Part shown: one piece after another, positions 35,768-45,838 of the stretch
Numbering within the stretch: the first letter of the stretch is position 1
How the letters are laid out: every line of letters begins with the position of its first letter
Assembly: GCA_009379925.1 (NCBI GenBank)
Contig: WHSU01000014.1
Span: forward strand, 18,611 to 82,610
Reading direction: 5' to 3'
Length of the DNA stretch: 64,000 bases
DNA from: Dehalococcoidia bacterium
GTDB taxonomy: Bacteria > Chloroflexota > Dehalococcoidia > UBA2979
The notes under the pieces: generated by a model
Seen by the model: the letters and a program-made list of their open reading frames with translations, nothing else
Databases searched by the model: none
What the model was told of the DNA's origin: nothing
Position numbers and translations under genes: made by a program

Positions 35768-35917
35768 CGGTGCTCGCTCCTGTGAGCGGCATGGTCACAT
35801 GGAGCGCTGGGCACGGCAAGCGTGGGAGCGCGTACCCAGACGCGCACGTATCATGGCGCGCAGTCGCAGAGGCGCGCAGCGCTCGCGCCCGGGAGCCTGT
35901 TCCGTGAGGTACGTCTT

Positions 35918-36502
35918 GTGAGCTTCGAGCCCGGGCACGACCCGGAGGCGGCACAGGAGTCTGTGCTCGGCCCCCTGGTACGCGTCATCGAGGAGGCCGC
36001 CGACGACGCCCTGTGGGCGCTAATCGGCAGCGCCTCGGTTCGGCTGCAGGGCGTCGATGCGCCCTCGCCGAACCTGGAGTTCATGACCACGGAACGCGTC
36101 CTTGAGACGTTGGGCGAGATGCTGGACCTGCCGGCGGCCTGGGGCCGGGGGGCGCATCTGGCCTCGCGGCGGCTGCACTTCATGCGCCACGGCTGCCCCG
36201 TCTTCGTCTTCGGCGAGCCCGTGTTTCACGGGCCGTACGAGTCTCTGTCGCCGCGTGAGATTCCGTCGCTCTGGGACGCGCGCGTGCGCGTGGAGCGCGC
36301 GGGCGTTGGTGTGCTGTGCACGCCGCTGGAGTGGGAATTGGTCCTCGCCGTCGTGCTGGGCTCCGAGGCACGCGTGACGCTGCTGGGGCAGCGGATGCGC
36401 GACCAGGGCTACGACAGCCGGCTCATCGTGCGTCTGCTGCGTGAGGGGCATGTGGCGCCGGAGACAGAAGACTCGGTGTGGGCAATCCTCGAGCGTGAGT
36501 GA
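35918..36502 (+). CDS. hypothetical protein (194 aa)
   Basis: GTG start with GAGG 8 nt upstream. The preceding part of ORF 35822.. is Arg-rich. No family recognised. Confidence 0.45.
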   Translation: MSFEPGHDPEAAQESVLGPLVRVIEEAADDALWALIGSASVRLQGVDAPSPNLEFMTTERVLETLGEMLDLPAAWGRGAHLASRRLHFMRHGCPVFVFGEPVFHGPYESLSPREIPSLWDARVRVERAGVGVLCTPLEWELVLAVVLGSEARVTLLGQRMRDQGYDSRLIVRLLREGHVAPETEDSVWAILERE

Positions 36503-36911
36503 GGGCGTGGAGGACGCGGCGCGCACCCTCCACGTCGCGCGGCTGTTCTCCGCAGCGGTCGCGTCTGGAGACACCGCCGACCTCGAAGCGGCCACCTCCA
36601 GAGAGGTGGCAATTGAGGGGCCTCGAGGTACCGCCTACGGCGTCGAGGTGCTTCGAGGCTGGGTCGCTGGTTCGGGCATCCGCCTGCGACCCGACCGCGC
36701 GTTCGCCGGCCAACACGCCGTGGTGGTCGAAGCGGACGCCGAATGGGTCTCGGAGCAGGGTGCCGTCACCGGGCGGTCCCGCACCGCGATCGTCCTCGGG
36801 ATCCGGGACGGGCTGCTGGCCCGGATCGCGCGATTCGACGAGGACCTCCCCGCAGCCCTCCAGGCTGCCGGACTGACGGAGGCCGACGAGGCGCGGGCCA
36901 CCTGGGACTGA
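36495..36911 (+). CDS. NTF2/SnoaL-like fold protein
   Basis: The GTG start overlaps the upstream stop. VARLFSAAVASGDTADLEAATSREVAIEGPRG...AVVVEADAEWV...IVLGIRDGLLARIARFD is the typical pattern. Confidence 0.55.
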   Translation: MSEGVEDAARTLHVARLFSAAVASGDTADLEAATSREVAIEGPRGTAYGVEVLRGWVAGSGIRLRPDRAFAGQHAVVVEADAEWVSEQGAVTGRSRTAIVLGIRDGLLARIARFDEDLPAALQAAGLTEADEARATWD

Positions 36912-37070
36912 GACGCACAGCAGACACCGCCGGTTCGCCTCCCCGCATCGCGCGTCCTACAATCCCGACGCTCGTAGCCGGACGCTCTGCCTGACATGAG
37001 GGGGAACGGCCGACAACATGCTCCGAGCGACACGGAGAGACAGCCCCAGCCGCCTTGAGAGGGAGACGCC

Positions 37071-38111
37071 ATGCCGATGACCGTGGGGACCGGGATCGGG
37101 ACCGACCTGAGCACCGTGCCCGAGCGCGCCCGGAAACTCGAGGCAATGGGGTACGACCACGTCTCCGTGGGGGAAACGAGCCACAACCCGTTCCTGCCGC
37201 TGGTGCTCGTGGCCGAGCACACGACGCACCTCCGCTTCGGGACGTCCGTCGCCATCGCGTTTCCTCGGGTGCCGCACATCACCGCGAACCTGGCGTGGGA
37301 CCTCTCGAAGTACTCGGGCGGCCGGTTCGTGCTGGGCCTGGGGACGCAGGTGAAGGGACACAACGAGCGGCGGTTCTCCGTGCCGTGGGCGCCGCCCGGA
37401 CCTCGGCTGCGCGACTACATCAACTGCATGCGCGCGATCTGGGACTCGTGGCAGAATGGCACGAAGCCGAACTACGAGGGCGAGTACTACCAGTACAAGC
37501 TCACGAGCCCGTTCTTCAACCCGGGGCCCATCGAGCACCCCGACATCGAGGTCGTCGTCTCCGCGGTAAACCCGTTCAACGCGCGGCTGGCCGGCGAGGT
37601 GTGCGACGGCATCGCGATCCACGGCTTCTCGACGTTCAAGTACATCCGTGAGGTCCTGATCCCGGCGGTCCACGAGGGCGCCCGCCGCGCCGGAAAGGAC
37701 CCGAAGGACCTGCGCATCACCGGCGGCGGCTTCATCGTGACGGGCCGCGACGAGCAGGAAGTGGCTGCCGCCACGGAGCGGTCGCGCCGGCAACTCTCCT
37801 TCTACGCCTCGACTCGGTCGTATTCGAACGTGATGAAGACGCACGGCTGGGACGACGAGGCCGCGCACCTCCACCGCCTCTCCATCGAGGGCAAGTGGGA
37901 CGACATGGTGGACGTGATCACGGACGAGATGATGGAGGAGTTCTGCGTCATCGGGACGTGGGACGAACTGCCGGGCAAAATGCGCGAGAAGTACGCCGGG
38001 ATCAACACGCAAGTCGGCTTTGGCGCCGACCCCCGCAACCCGGACGAGGAGGCGCGCATCAAGGAGATCATCTCGGAGCTGAAGATGATCCCCGCCGTCG
38101 GCGAGGAGTAG
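37071..38111 (+). CDS. LLM-class (luciferase-like) F420-dependent oxidoreductase
   Basis: 346 aa. KLEAMGYDHVSVGETSHNPFLPL...RFVLGLGTQVKGHNERRFSVPW. Confidence 0.85.
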   Translation: MPMTVGTGIGTDLSTVPERARKLEAMGYDHVSVGETSHNPFLPLVLVAEHTTHLRFGTSVAIAFPRVPHITANLAWDLSKYSGGRFVLGLGTQVKGHNERRFSVPWAPPGPRLRDYINCMRAIWDSWQNGTKPNYEGEYYQYKLTSPFFNPGPIEHPDIEVVVSAVNPFNARLAGEVCDGIAIHGFSTFKYIREVLIPAVHEGARRAGKDPKDLRITGGGFIVTGRDEQEVAAATERSRRQLSFYASTRSYSNVMKTHGWDDEAAHLHRLSIEGKWDDMVDVITDEMMEEFCVIGTWDELPGKMREKYAGINTQVGFGADPRNPDEEARIKEIISELKMIPAVGEE

Positions 38112-38196
38112 CTCGGCGACGACCGATGCGGCGCGCGCTGTCCGAGTTCGAGGGCGCGCCGTCCGCGCGGCTCGGCGTCCGGCGGAGGGTCCCCCG

Positions 38197-39345
38197 CTAC
38201 ACGCGCGTCGCGCGAAGGCGCTGGCCCGCCTGGCGGGCGATCGCATCCCAGCGCTTGCGGGCCTCGGTGACGTAGCGCTCGTAGCGCGGGGCGGTCACGG
38301 CCATGCGCTCGAAGAGGTGCACGAGGCCCTCCAGGTCGGCGAGGTGGACCGTCTCCGCACGCACCTGGCCCTTTGGGCCGGCGTTGTGATAGTTGCCCAG
38401 CGCGATGCATGCGGCACCCGTCTCGTAGCCCATGAGGTCGTACGCCGTTGCCTCGGTGGTGCCGCCGTCCATGAGCTTGCGTTGGTAGGGGAACGCCGCG
38501 TCCTGCTCGCCCAGTTCACGGGCCAGGCGGGTCATCCAGAGCGTGACCCCGGATGAGAACACGTGCTGCAGGTCGCCGACGCGGATGATCGGCCCGCCGC
38601 CTTGCTCCGCGCGCCCGCCGGCCATCGAGGAAGTCTCGACGGCGACGACCAGCGACTCGCGCGGGAGGCCACCGTCGCGGGCGGCGGCGGCTGCGCCGAG
38701 CAGACCGACTTCCTCGGCGCGGGTGAAGAGGCCGATCACGTGGCCACCGACGCCCTTCGCGGACAGCCGATCGAGCGTCGCGAGCACGCTCGCGACGCCG
38801 ATGAGGTCGTCGCACTGGCGGGCGTGGACGATGTCGCCACGGAGGCGGTACTCCTCGACGTCCCACAGCGCCATATCGCCGACCTCGGCAGAGGCGCCGG
38901 TTTCCATGATCGCCCGGGCGCCGGCGATGCGTTCGCGGAAGCGGACGTGGCCCGGTTCTTTCACCAGCGAGGTGATGCGGGCCGTGGAGGTTCCGTCGCC
39001 GTAGATGCGGACGACCTCGTCCTTCCCGTAGTCGGCGGAGAGGCCGCCCCGGAACTCCAGGTCGATGCGGCGCCCGCGGATGCCCGTGACGACGAATCCG
39101 GGGTGGTCGGTGTGCGCGCCGAGGACCAGCGGGCGCATCGCACGTCCGCGCTGGTAGGTCACGTACGCGTTGCCGTATCGGTCTTCGCGGTAGTCAAGCT
39201 GGCGCTCTTCCGCGAACCGCTCGATGTGCGCGATCACGCGCTGTTCGACGAATGACGCCGTGGGGATAGAGACGACGTCCCGTACAGTGTCGGCCAGCGG
39301 CGCCGGCTCTCGGGTGACAGTGCGTCGAGGTGCGCGCGCGGTCAT
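38197..39345 (-). CDS. M42 (FrvX-like) family metallopeptidase
   Basis: LVLGAHTDHPGFVV, ARQCDDLIGVASVLATL, FTRAEEVGLLGA, GGTTEATAY. Confidence 0.7.
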   Translation of the reverse strand: MTARAPRRTVTREPAPLADTVRDVVSIPTASFVEQRVIAHIERFAEERQLDYREDRYGNAYVTYQRGRAMRPLVLGAHTDHPGFVVTGIRGRRIDLEFRGGLSADYGKDEVVRIYGDGTSTARITSLVKEPGHVRFRERIAGARAIMETGASAEVGDMALWDVEEYRLRGDIVHARQCDDLIGVASVLATLDRLSAKGVGGHVIGLFTRAEEVGLLGAAAAARDGGLPRESLVVAVETSSMAGGRAEQGGGPIIRVGDLQHVFSSGVTLWMTRLARELGEQDAAFPYQRKLMDGGTTEATAYDLMGYETGAACIALGNYHNAGPKGQVRAETVHLADLEGLVHLFERMAVTAPRYERYVTEARKRWDAIARQAGQRLRATRV

Positions 39346-39428
39346 CGGACTTCCTCCCGGGGGTGCCGGTGCATCCTACGCGGCGCGCCGCGGTGGCCCA
39401 ACCCATCGCGCGCCCATACGATCGGCCT

Positions 39429-40775
39429 ATGACCTCCCCTACGCAATCGCCTGACTCGACCGAAGCACCGAAGTCACCGGGGACACCTCCACCGATCCTG
39501 CCTGCCTCGGTGGTCCCGGAGCCTGTACCGCAGCCCCGCGGCGGCCGGAAGGGGCGCTTCGAGCACAACCGACCACTGGTGCCCCTCGAGATCGAGACGA
39601 CGGGCTTCGCGGCGGGCGGCAAGGCGCTGGGCCACGCGCCGGACGGTCGCGTGGTCTTCGTGGAGTACGCCTTGCCGGGCGAGCGCGTGATCGCCGAGGT
39701 TACCGCCGAGCACGCTGGCTACATTGAGGCGACGGCGGTCCAGATCCTTCGCGCATCGGACGAGCGCATCACGCCTCGATGCCCGTACTTCGGGAAGTGC
39801 GGCGGCTGCCAGCTCCAGCACGTGGCGTATCCGGAGCAGCTGCGCCTGAAGACGGGCGTCGTACGCGAGCAACTCACCCGCATCGGACGCTTCTCCGAGG
39901 CCGAGGCGGACGCGGCCGTGAGCGACATGCTGGGGATGGACGACCCGTGGGGCTACCGGAACCACATGCGCTTCACCGCCCGGCGTGACGGCGAGGTGGG
40001 CTTCATGCAGCGCGGGACGCATCGATTCCTGCGCATCGACCACTGCGACATCGCGCTGCCGCGCGTGAACGAGGTCCTCCAGCAGACGCAGGGCCGCACG
40101 ATGCAGGCACGACAGATCACGATCCGCGTCGGCGAGCAGACCGGCGAGGAGATGGTCCAGCCACGGCTGCGGTGGCGCCCGCACACGCGAGGAGCCCGCC
40201 CCGAGAGCGGCCAGCAACACTACAGCGAGCGGCTGCTGGCGCAGACCTATCGCATCTCCGGCCCGGCCTTCTTCCAGGTGAACACGCGACAGGCGGAGCG
40301 TCTCGTGTCGCTGGTGGTCGACCGCGTGCTCGAGGTGTCGCCGCGCGTCGTCGTGGACGCCTACGCCGGCGTGGGCACGTTCGCTGCGCAACTGGCATCC
40401 AGGGTGGAGCAGGTGGTCACGATCGAGGAGTCCGCGGCTGCGGGCGTCGATGCCTCGGTCAACCTCGAGGGGTTGCCGACCGTGACGCGCATCGTGGGGC
40501 GGGTGGAAGACACGCTGCCCGGCATGACGCCGTCGCCGGAGGTGGTCGTGATCGACCCGCCGCGCGCGGGCCTCGCCCGCCCGGTGGTCGACGCGATCAT
40601 CGAGTCCGCGGCTCGCCGCGTGGTGTACGTCTCGTGCGATCCGGCCACGCTGGCGCGGGACCTTCGCATCCTCGTGGACGGTGGGTTCGCGCTGACGCAG
40701 GTGCAGCCGGTCGACATGTTCCCGCAGACGGCGCACGTCGAGTGCGTCACGGTCCTCGACCGCCCCGCGGCGTGA
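39429..40775 (+). CDS. TRAM-domain class I SAM-dependent RNA (uracil-5) methyltransferase (RlmD/RumA family)
   Basis: CPYFGKCGGCQLQH is the Fe-S motif. VVDAYAGVGTFA binds SAM. VVYVSCDPATLARD and FPQTAHVECV form the C-terminal signature. Confidence 0.85.
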   Translation: MTSPTQSPDSTEAPKSPGTPPPILPASVVPEPVPQPRGGRKGRFEHNRPLVPLEIETTGFAAGGKALGHAPDGRVVFVEYALPGERVIAEVTAEHAGYIEATAVQILRASDERITPRCPYFGKCGGCQLQHVAYPEQLRLKTGVVREQLTRIGRFSEAEADAAVSDMLGMDDPWGYRNHMRFTARRDGEVGFMQRGTHRFLRIDHCDIALPRVNEVLQQTQGRTMQARQITIRVGEQTGEEMVQPRLRWRPHTRGARPESGQQHYSERLLAQTYRISGPAFFQVNTRQAERLVSLVVDRVLEVSPRVVVDAYAGVGTFAAQLASRVEQVVTIEESAAAGVDASVNLEGLPTVTRIVGRVEDTLPGMTPSPEVVVIDPPRAGLARPVVDAIIESAARRVVYVSCDPATLARDLRILVDGGFALTQVQPVDMFPQTAHVECVTVLDRPAA

Positions 40776-41413
40776 CCGGGGAGGGCGAGCGGCCTTCGCT
40801 GGTGCTCGCCTCGGCGTCTCCCCGGCGACGAGATCTGCTGGCGGCGCTGGGCGCCGCGTTCGAGGTCACCCCGGCCGATGTCGATGAAACGACCGACGAG
40901 CGGGACCCGGTCCGCGTCGCGGAGGGGCTCTCTCTGCGCAAGGCGCGGGCCGTCGCGGATGGCTCGAGTGACGCTCGCGCCGTGCTCGGCTCGGACACCG
41001 TCGTGGTCCTCGACGGCCGCATTCTCGGCAAGCCGGCGGACGCGTCGGAGGCGCGGTCGACGTTGCGAGCACTGCGCGACCGTGGGCACGAGGTGGTCAC
41101 GGGCGTCGCCGTGGTGTGCGGAGAGCGTGCCGTGGCGGACCACGCCCGGACGGCCGTGTGGATGCGCGACTACTCCGACGAGGAGATCGAGGCCTACGTC
41201 ACCTCGGGCGACCCGATGGACAAGGCGGGCGCGTACGCCATCCAGCACCCGGACTTCGCGCCGGTGGCGCGCATCGAGGGCTGTGAGTGCTCGGTGGTGG
41301 GGCTCCCGTTGTGGACCGTGCGGCGATTACTGCGCGCGGCGGGGGGCATCGAGGCAGGTGAACCGACGCTGGAACGCTGCCGGGCGTGCCCGCTCGCGCC
41401 GACCCGGGTGTGA
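40772..41413 (+). CDS. maf: Maf-like nucleoside triphosphate pyrophosphatase
   Basis: The GTG overlaps the upstream stop (GTGA). LVLASASPRRRDLLAALG...GSDTVVVLDGRILGKP...DKAGAYAIQ. Confidence 0.85.
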   Translation: MTGEGERPSLVLASASPRRRDLLAALGAAFEVTPADVDETTDERDPVRVAEGLSLRKARAVADGSSDARAVLGSDTVVVLDGRILGKPADASEARSTLRALRDRGHEVVTGVAVVCGERAVADHARTAVWMRDYSDEEIEAYVTSGDPMDKAGAYAIQHPDFAPVARIEGCECSVVGLPLWTVRRLLRAAGGIEAGEPTLERCRACPLAPTRV

Positions 41414-41462
41414 GCGCCGAGAGTCCATCGAGGCATCGTGCGCCGAGCGCGGCATACGGGCG

Positions 41463-42833
41463 CTAGTCGAGCCTTCGGTAGGTCGGGACCAGGGCGTAGA
41501 CGGCGATCGCGACGAGCACGAGGGCGACCGCGGCGCCGCCGAGGGCGTACTGGACGCCGATGGCGGCGGCCAGCAGGCCAATGGCGAAGGTGCCGAAGGA
41601 GGTGAGGCCCATCTCCATCATCATGATGCTGCTGATGCGGCCGCGGAACTCATCGGACACGTGGGTCTGGATGAGCACGTTGCTCAGGGACTGCCGGCCG
41701 GCCTGACCGACGCCGAGCGCGATCACGATACCGGCGCTCAACCAGAACTCGCTCGATGCCGAGAACGCCAGCAGCGACACGCCCAGCACGAGGCTGGAAC
41801 CAAGCAACAGCGCGCCTCGATGGCGGTTGGGCATCGAGGCGACGAGCAGCGACCCGCCGAGGGCGCCGACCCCGGTGAGCGCCAGCAGCAGCCCGAACCG
41901 CCAGGCCGCCTCGTCCGGATTGGTGCTCAGCACCTCGTCCACGAAACCCGGTAGCAGCCGCTGGTAGGGCATCGAGAAGACGACGATGGCGAGATGCACG
42001 GCCAGCAGCATCATCAGGACCGGCTGCCCGCGGAGATAGGACAGGGCCTCCGCGATGTCGCGGATGCCGCCGCGTCCCGCGGAGCGCCGGCCTCGACGGC
42101 CGGCCGCGGCGTCCCGCTCCGCGCCGCTCACGGCGGGGACGCGCGTCATCGTGAAGAACGCGATGACGTACAGGACGGTCATGAGCACGTAGACCCATGC
42201 GGCGTGAGTGACCGCCAGCATGCCGCCGGCTAGCGCGGGCGCCAGCAGCCGCATGGTGTTCATGCCCGAGGCGTTGAGGGCGACGGCGTTCGTCAGCCGC
42301 TCGATGCCGACGATCTCCGGGATCATCGCCTGGCGCGCCGGCTGGGTGAAGGAATTGGAAACGCCCTGGAGGATCGCGCTGACGACGAGATGCTCGAAGC
42401 GCAGCACCCCGGCGAAGAGCAAAGCCGCCACCACGGCCGTCAGCGCGGCGTTGAACAGCTGGCCGGCCTGGATGATGTAACGCCGGCTCATCCGGTCCGC
42501 CACCACGCCACCGTAGAGCGCCAGGAAGAGCCGTGGCGCGGCATTGGCGAGGGCCATGGCGCCGAGCGCCGCAAATGACCCGGTGAGCTGGTAGACGAGG
42601 AAACCCCGCGCCACCTGCTGCATCTGCATCGATGCCCAGTTCCCGGTCATCGAGGCGATGTACCAGCGGAACGTTGGCACCTCGATCAGAGAGTCGAAGG
42701 TGCGTGGCCGGCCACGCGGCGGGGGCCCTCCTGGCGGGGGGCCGAGCGCGACGTCAGCCGCCGACGCGCCGGGGATGCGGGGCGGTGGGATATCGGCAAT
42801 CGGCCGCGCGGCCTCGGTGCGCTCGCGGCTCAC
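41463..42833 (-). CDS. MFS transporter
   Basis: 456 aa with ~12 TM segments. GVVADRMSRR is the loop 2-3 motif. Confidence 0.8.
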   Translation of the reverse strand: MSRERTEAARPIADIPPPRIPGASAADVALGPPPGGPPPRGRPRTFDSLIEVPTFRWYIASMTGNWASMQMQQVARGFLVYQLTGSFAALGAMALANAAPRLFLALYGGVVADRMSRRYIIQAGQLFNAALTAVVAALLFAGVLRFEHLVVSAILQGVSNSFTQPARQAMIPEIVGIERLTNAVALNASGMNTMRLLAPALAGGMLAVTHAAWVYVLMTVLYVIAFFTMTRVPAVSGAERDAAAGRRGRRSAGRGGIRDIAEALSYLRGQPVLMMLLAVHLAIVVFSMPYQRLLPGFVDEVLSTNPDEAAWRFGLLLALTGVGALGGSLLVASMPNRHRGALLLGSSLVLGVSLLAFSASSEFWLSAGIVIALGVGQAGRQSLSNVLIQTHVSDEFRGRISSIMMMEMGLTSFGTFAIGLLAAAIGVQYALGGAAVALVLVAIAVYALVPTYRRLD

Positions 42834-42971
42834 GCGTAGTGGAGCCTGGCGCGGAAGGTGGTGGCCGTCGCGACGTTGCGGCGGAGGGGGGTGCCGTTTA
42901 CGGAAGGGTCAGGTTGCACGCTGGCATCGTAACACCACGATCGGCATGCTCAACCGACGCCGGCACCCGCG

Positions 42972-43640
42972 CTACGTGAGCCGGTAGCCCACGCCGCGGA
43001 CCGTCTCGATGCGGGCATTCCCCAGCTTCTTGCGCAAGTACCCCACGTACACATCGACGATGTTCGAGCCGGGGTCAAAGTCGTAGCCCCACACGTGGGA
43101 TAGCAACTGTTCCCGACTCAACACCTGATCCCGATGGCGAACGAACATCTCCGCCAGAGCGAACTCGCGCGCGGACAGCTCCACGGTACGTCCGGCCACG
43201 GTCGCGCGACGCGTGCGCAGGTCCAGCAACACGTCGCCCGCCTCCAGTTGACTCAGCTCGGTGCGCCCTGCGTCCCGCAGCCGGGCGCGGACTCGCGCCA
43301 GCAACTCCTCGAAGCGGAACGGCTTGGTGACGTAGTCGTCCGCGCCCCCCTCGAAGCCGGCGACCGTGTCGGAGACCCCGTGTCGGGCGGTGAGGATGAG
43401 CACCGGCAGGCGCTCGCCTCGCGTCCGGATGGTGCGGAGCACCTGCTGCCCGTCCATGCCGGGCAAACCGAGGTCAAGGATCAGCAGGTCAAAGTCGATG
43501 TCCCGTGCCAGGCCCGCTGCGCCGAGGCCGTCGCCGACGACCGTCGTGGTGTACCCGCTGGCGCGCAGGCCCTTCTCCAGGAACGACGTGATGCGCGGCT
43601 CGTCCTCCGCGATCAGAATGCGGTTCACGACTCCCCCCAC
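42972..43640 (-). CDS. OmpR-family response regulator
   Basis: ILIAEDEPRI...DLLILDLGLPGMDG is the receiver domain. LSAREFALAEMFVRH...VDVYVGYLRKKL is the winged helix. Confidence 0.9.
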   Translation of the reverse strand: MGGVVNRILIAEDEPRITSFLEKGLRASGYTTTVVGDGLGAAGLARDIDFDLLILDLGLPGMDGQQVLRTIRTRGERLPVLILTARHGVSDTVAGFEGGADDYVTKPFRFEELLARVRARLRDAGRTELSQLEAGDVLLDLRTRRATVAGRTVELSAREFALAEMFVRHRDQVLSREQLLSHVWGYDFDPGSNIVDVYVGYLRKKLGNARIETVRGVGYRLT

Positions 43641-45162
43641 GGGTCGTCCAGCGGATGCTCAGGCTCACCCTCCAGCGGCACGACCAGCGAGAAGGTCGAT
43701 CCGGCCCCGGGTGTCGAGGCGACTTCGACGCGTCCGTGGTGAGCCTCGGCGATCGCGGCCACGATGGCCAGCCCCAGGCCGGCGCCTTCGCTCGGGCGCC
43801 GCCCGCTCCGGCCCCGCGCGAAGCGCTGGAAGATGCGCTCGCGGTCGGCCTCGGCGATGCCCTCTCCCTGGTCGCTGACCCAGAAGCGGACCTCGCTGCC
43901 GTCGGCATGACTGCCGAGGCGGATCGGGGTAGGGCCTTCGGAGTGCTCGGCGGCGTTGCGCGCGAGGTTCATGATCGCCTGGGTGAGGCGCTGGCGGTCG
44001 GCGTCGACCACGGCCTGCGCGACCTCCTCGAGCTGCCAGTCATGCGCGGAGAGCGCGGACGCTTTCGCGGCGATGTCCTCCGTGAGTTCGGCGACATCGA
44101 CCGGGTGCACGTCGAGAAAGTCGGGTTGCTCGGCACGGGCCAGCAGCAGCAGGTCCTCCACCATGCGGCCGATGCGGTCGAGTTCGTCCATCACCAGCCG
44201 CATCGTCTCCTCGCGCTCGTTCGGATCGTCGCCCAGGAGTTCGAGGTGCCCTCGGATGATCGTGATGGGGGTGCGCAACTCGTGTCCCGCGTCGTCGATG
44301 AAGCGGCGTTGCGTGTCGAAGGCGTCCTCCAGGCGGTCCACCATCTCGTTGAAGGTGCGGGCCAGCTCGGCGATCTCGTCGTCGCCGGTGACCGGGATGC
44401 GCTCGCTCCAGTTGTCGTCGCGGATCGACCGAGCCGTGTCCGTCAGTTGCCCGATGGGGCGAAGCACGCGGCCCGAGACGAACCACGCCGCCGCGGAGGC
44501 GACCACGAGGGTCGAGCCGAAGACGATGATGCCGGTGCGGACGACCCGGTCGACCTCCGCTAGCTGCTCCTGCAAGAAGATCGCCACGACGAAAACGCCG
44601 GGCGTGCCACCCTCAGCCTGCACGGGCACGGCGAGGTAGCGCACCCGCCCGGCGTCCGTCTCGATCTCGTCCTGCTCGGTGTCCGTCAGCGCCGACCACC
44701 GTGCGACGAGATCCGGGTCCGACAGCAGCTGGGCGGGGGCGTGGTCGAGGCATGCGGGCGACCGTCGACCAGCGTGAAGAGGGCTTCGCCCTGGACGGGG
44801 ATGTTGCGGCTCAGGAACGTGTCGAAGATGGCGCGCACGTCGCTGCCGAAGGGTTCCCCTGTACTCGGGTTGCGGCCCCCCGAGAGCCGGTCCATCTCGC
44901 CAACCTCTTGCCGGAGCTGCGCGTCGACCTCGTCGTCGACCTGCGCGAGGAGGATGCTGCGCTGGAGCAGCAGCCCGATGACCAGCGCAAATGCGAGCAG
45001 GGCAACGTACCAGCCGAGGATCCGCACTCGCGTGCTAGGGCTTCGGGACAGGCGGGGCAACGCGCGCTCCTCGGTTGTCGGTCCGGTCTGCTCAGACGGT
45101 GCGACCGAGCCTCCCTGCGAGATCGAGTTTGACACGTCGGCGGCCCCGGGCGCTCTGCACAT
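43625..45162 (-). pseudogene. sensor histidine kinase (TM-sensor-HAMP-HisKA-HATPase) with a frame break at a G-run near 44731-44739
   Basis: The C-terminal 339 aa carry the H-box FIDDAGHELRTPIT, the N-box NLARNAAEH and GAGLGLAIV. The N-terminal TM/sensor part (RILGWYVALLAFALVIGLLL...FTLVDGRPHASTTPPP) is in another frame. Adding 1 nt in acgcccccgccc restores ...PPQLLSDPDLVARWSAL. The start is uncertain (45162, 45135 or the TTG at 45060). Confidence 0.7.
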
Positions 45163-45190
45163 CGGGCAGGCGACCTGGGGCCGCTGTCTG

Positions 45191-45230
45191 GCGCACGGAG
45201 GAGGAACGGCCGGCGCTCCTCCCCGTGCGC
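45191..45230 (-). terminator. hairpin immediately after the 45233 stop
   Basis: gcgcacgg(a)ggagga - loop - tcctccccgtgcgc, ~14 bp stem. No clear U-tract. Confidence 0.45.
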
Positions 45231-45232
45231 CG

Positions 45233-45730
45233 CTAGTTGGAGTTGTCAGGCGAGTCGACCGAGTCGACCGAGTCGACCGACTGGTCCGGGCTGTCGACGG
45301 ACACCGGGCTGTCGTACGAAGCATCCGCCTGCCCCGTCATCGGTCCCGCGTCGATCGCCCCGCTAGCGGGGGAGTCGTCCGCGTCGTTGAAGCTGTTGTC
45401 CGGGCTGTCCAGCGTGTCATCGACGCCGGCCGTCCCGCTGGTCGCTGGCGCGTCCGTGACCGTGCCGTCCGGCGAGGCCAACGACGCGGTCAGGCTGTCG
45501 AAGTTGCCGTGCGAGTCCGCCTGGAAGACGGGCCGAGGGACCACCTCGTAGCCCGGCTCCTCGGGCGTGAACTCCTGCGCCTCCACCGGCACGCGGTCCT
45601 GGAGCGTGATCGCCCCGGGCAAGTCCTCCTCGCCACCCCCACCGCTCGCGAGCGCGTTCCCCGCCAGGCCGACCGTCACCGCGGCGGCCGTGACTCCCGT
45701 GATCGTCCAGCCGGTCTTGTTGATCTTCAC
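45233..45730 (-). CDS. secreted acidic repeat protein (165 aa)
   Basis: GTG start with GGGAGG 10 nt upstream. The signal peptide is MKINKTGWTITGVTAAAVTVGLAGNALA. The C-terminal DSP-rich repeats are DSPDNS, DSPASG, DSPVSVDSPDQSVDSVDSVDSPDNSN. Confidence 0.55.
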   Translation of the reverse strand: MKINKTGWTITGVTAAAVTVGLAGNALASGGGGEEDLPGAITLQDRVPVEAQEFTPEEPGYEVVPRPVFQADSHGNFDSLTASLASPDGTVTDAPATSGTAGVDDTLDSPDNSFNDADDSPASGAIDAGPMTGQADASYDSPVSVDSPDQSVDSVDSVDSPDNSN

Positions 45731-45838
45731 CTTGTCCGGTCCTCCCTTGCCGCGGCCGTCGGGGCCGCTGTCGTGTATCTCTACCTTCAGGTTCGCGCCC
45801 CGGGATGAGATGCCCGTGAGGCGGCGATGAGAACCCTC

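Noticed and set aside
34485-35954. 489-aa ORF
   Set aside because: Only the last 201 codons are the GNAT. The upstream part is an out-of-frame overlap with the same-strand dtxR-family gene (35099..35767) and reads as Arg/Pro-rich text.
36957-38246. 429-aa ORF antisense to the LLM oxidoreductase (similarly 29709..31460, 31584..33287, 47890..49011, 49027..50424, 60828..62537)
   Set aside because: These are antisense shadows of well-supported genes, with Arg/His/Gly-rich sequences and no motifs.
40172-41413. 413-aa ORF
   Set aside because: Only the last 213 codons (from GTG 40772) are Maf. The upstream part overlaps the methyltransferase gene in another frame.
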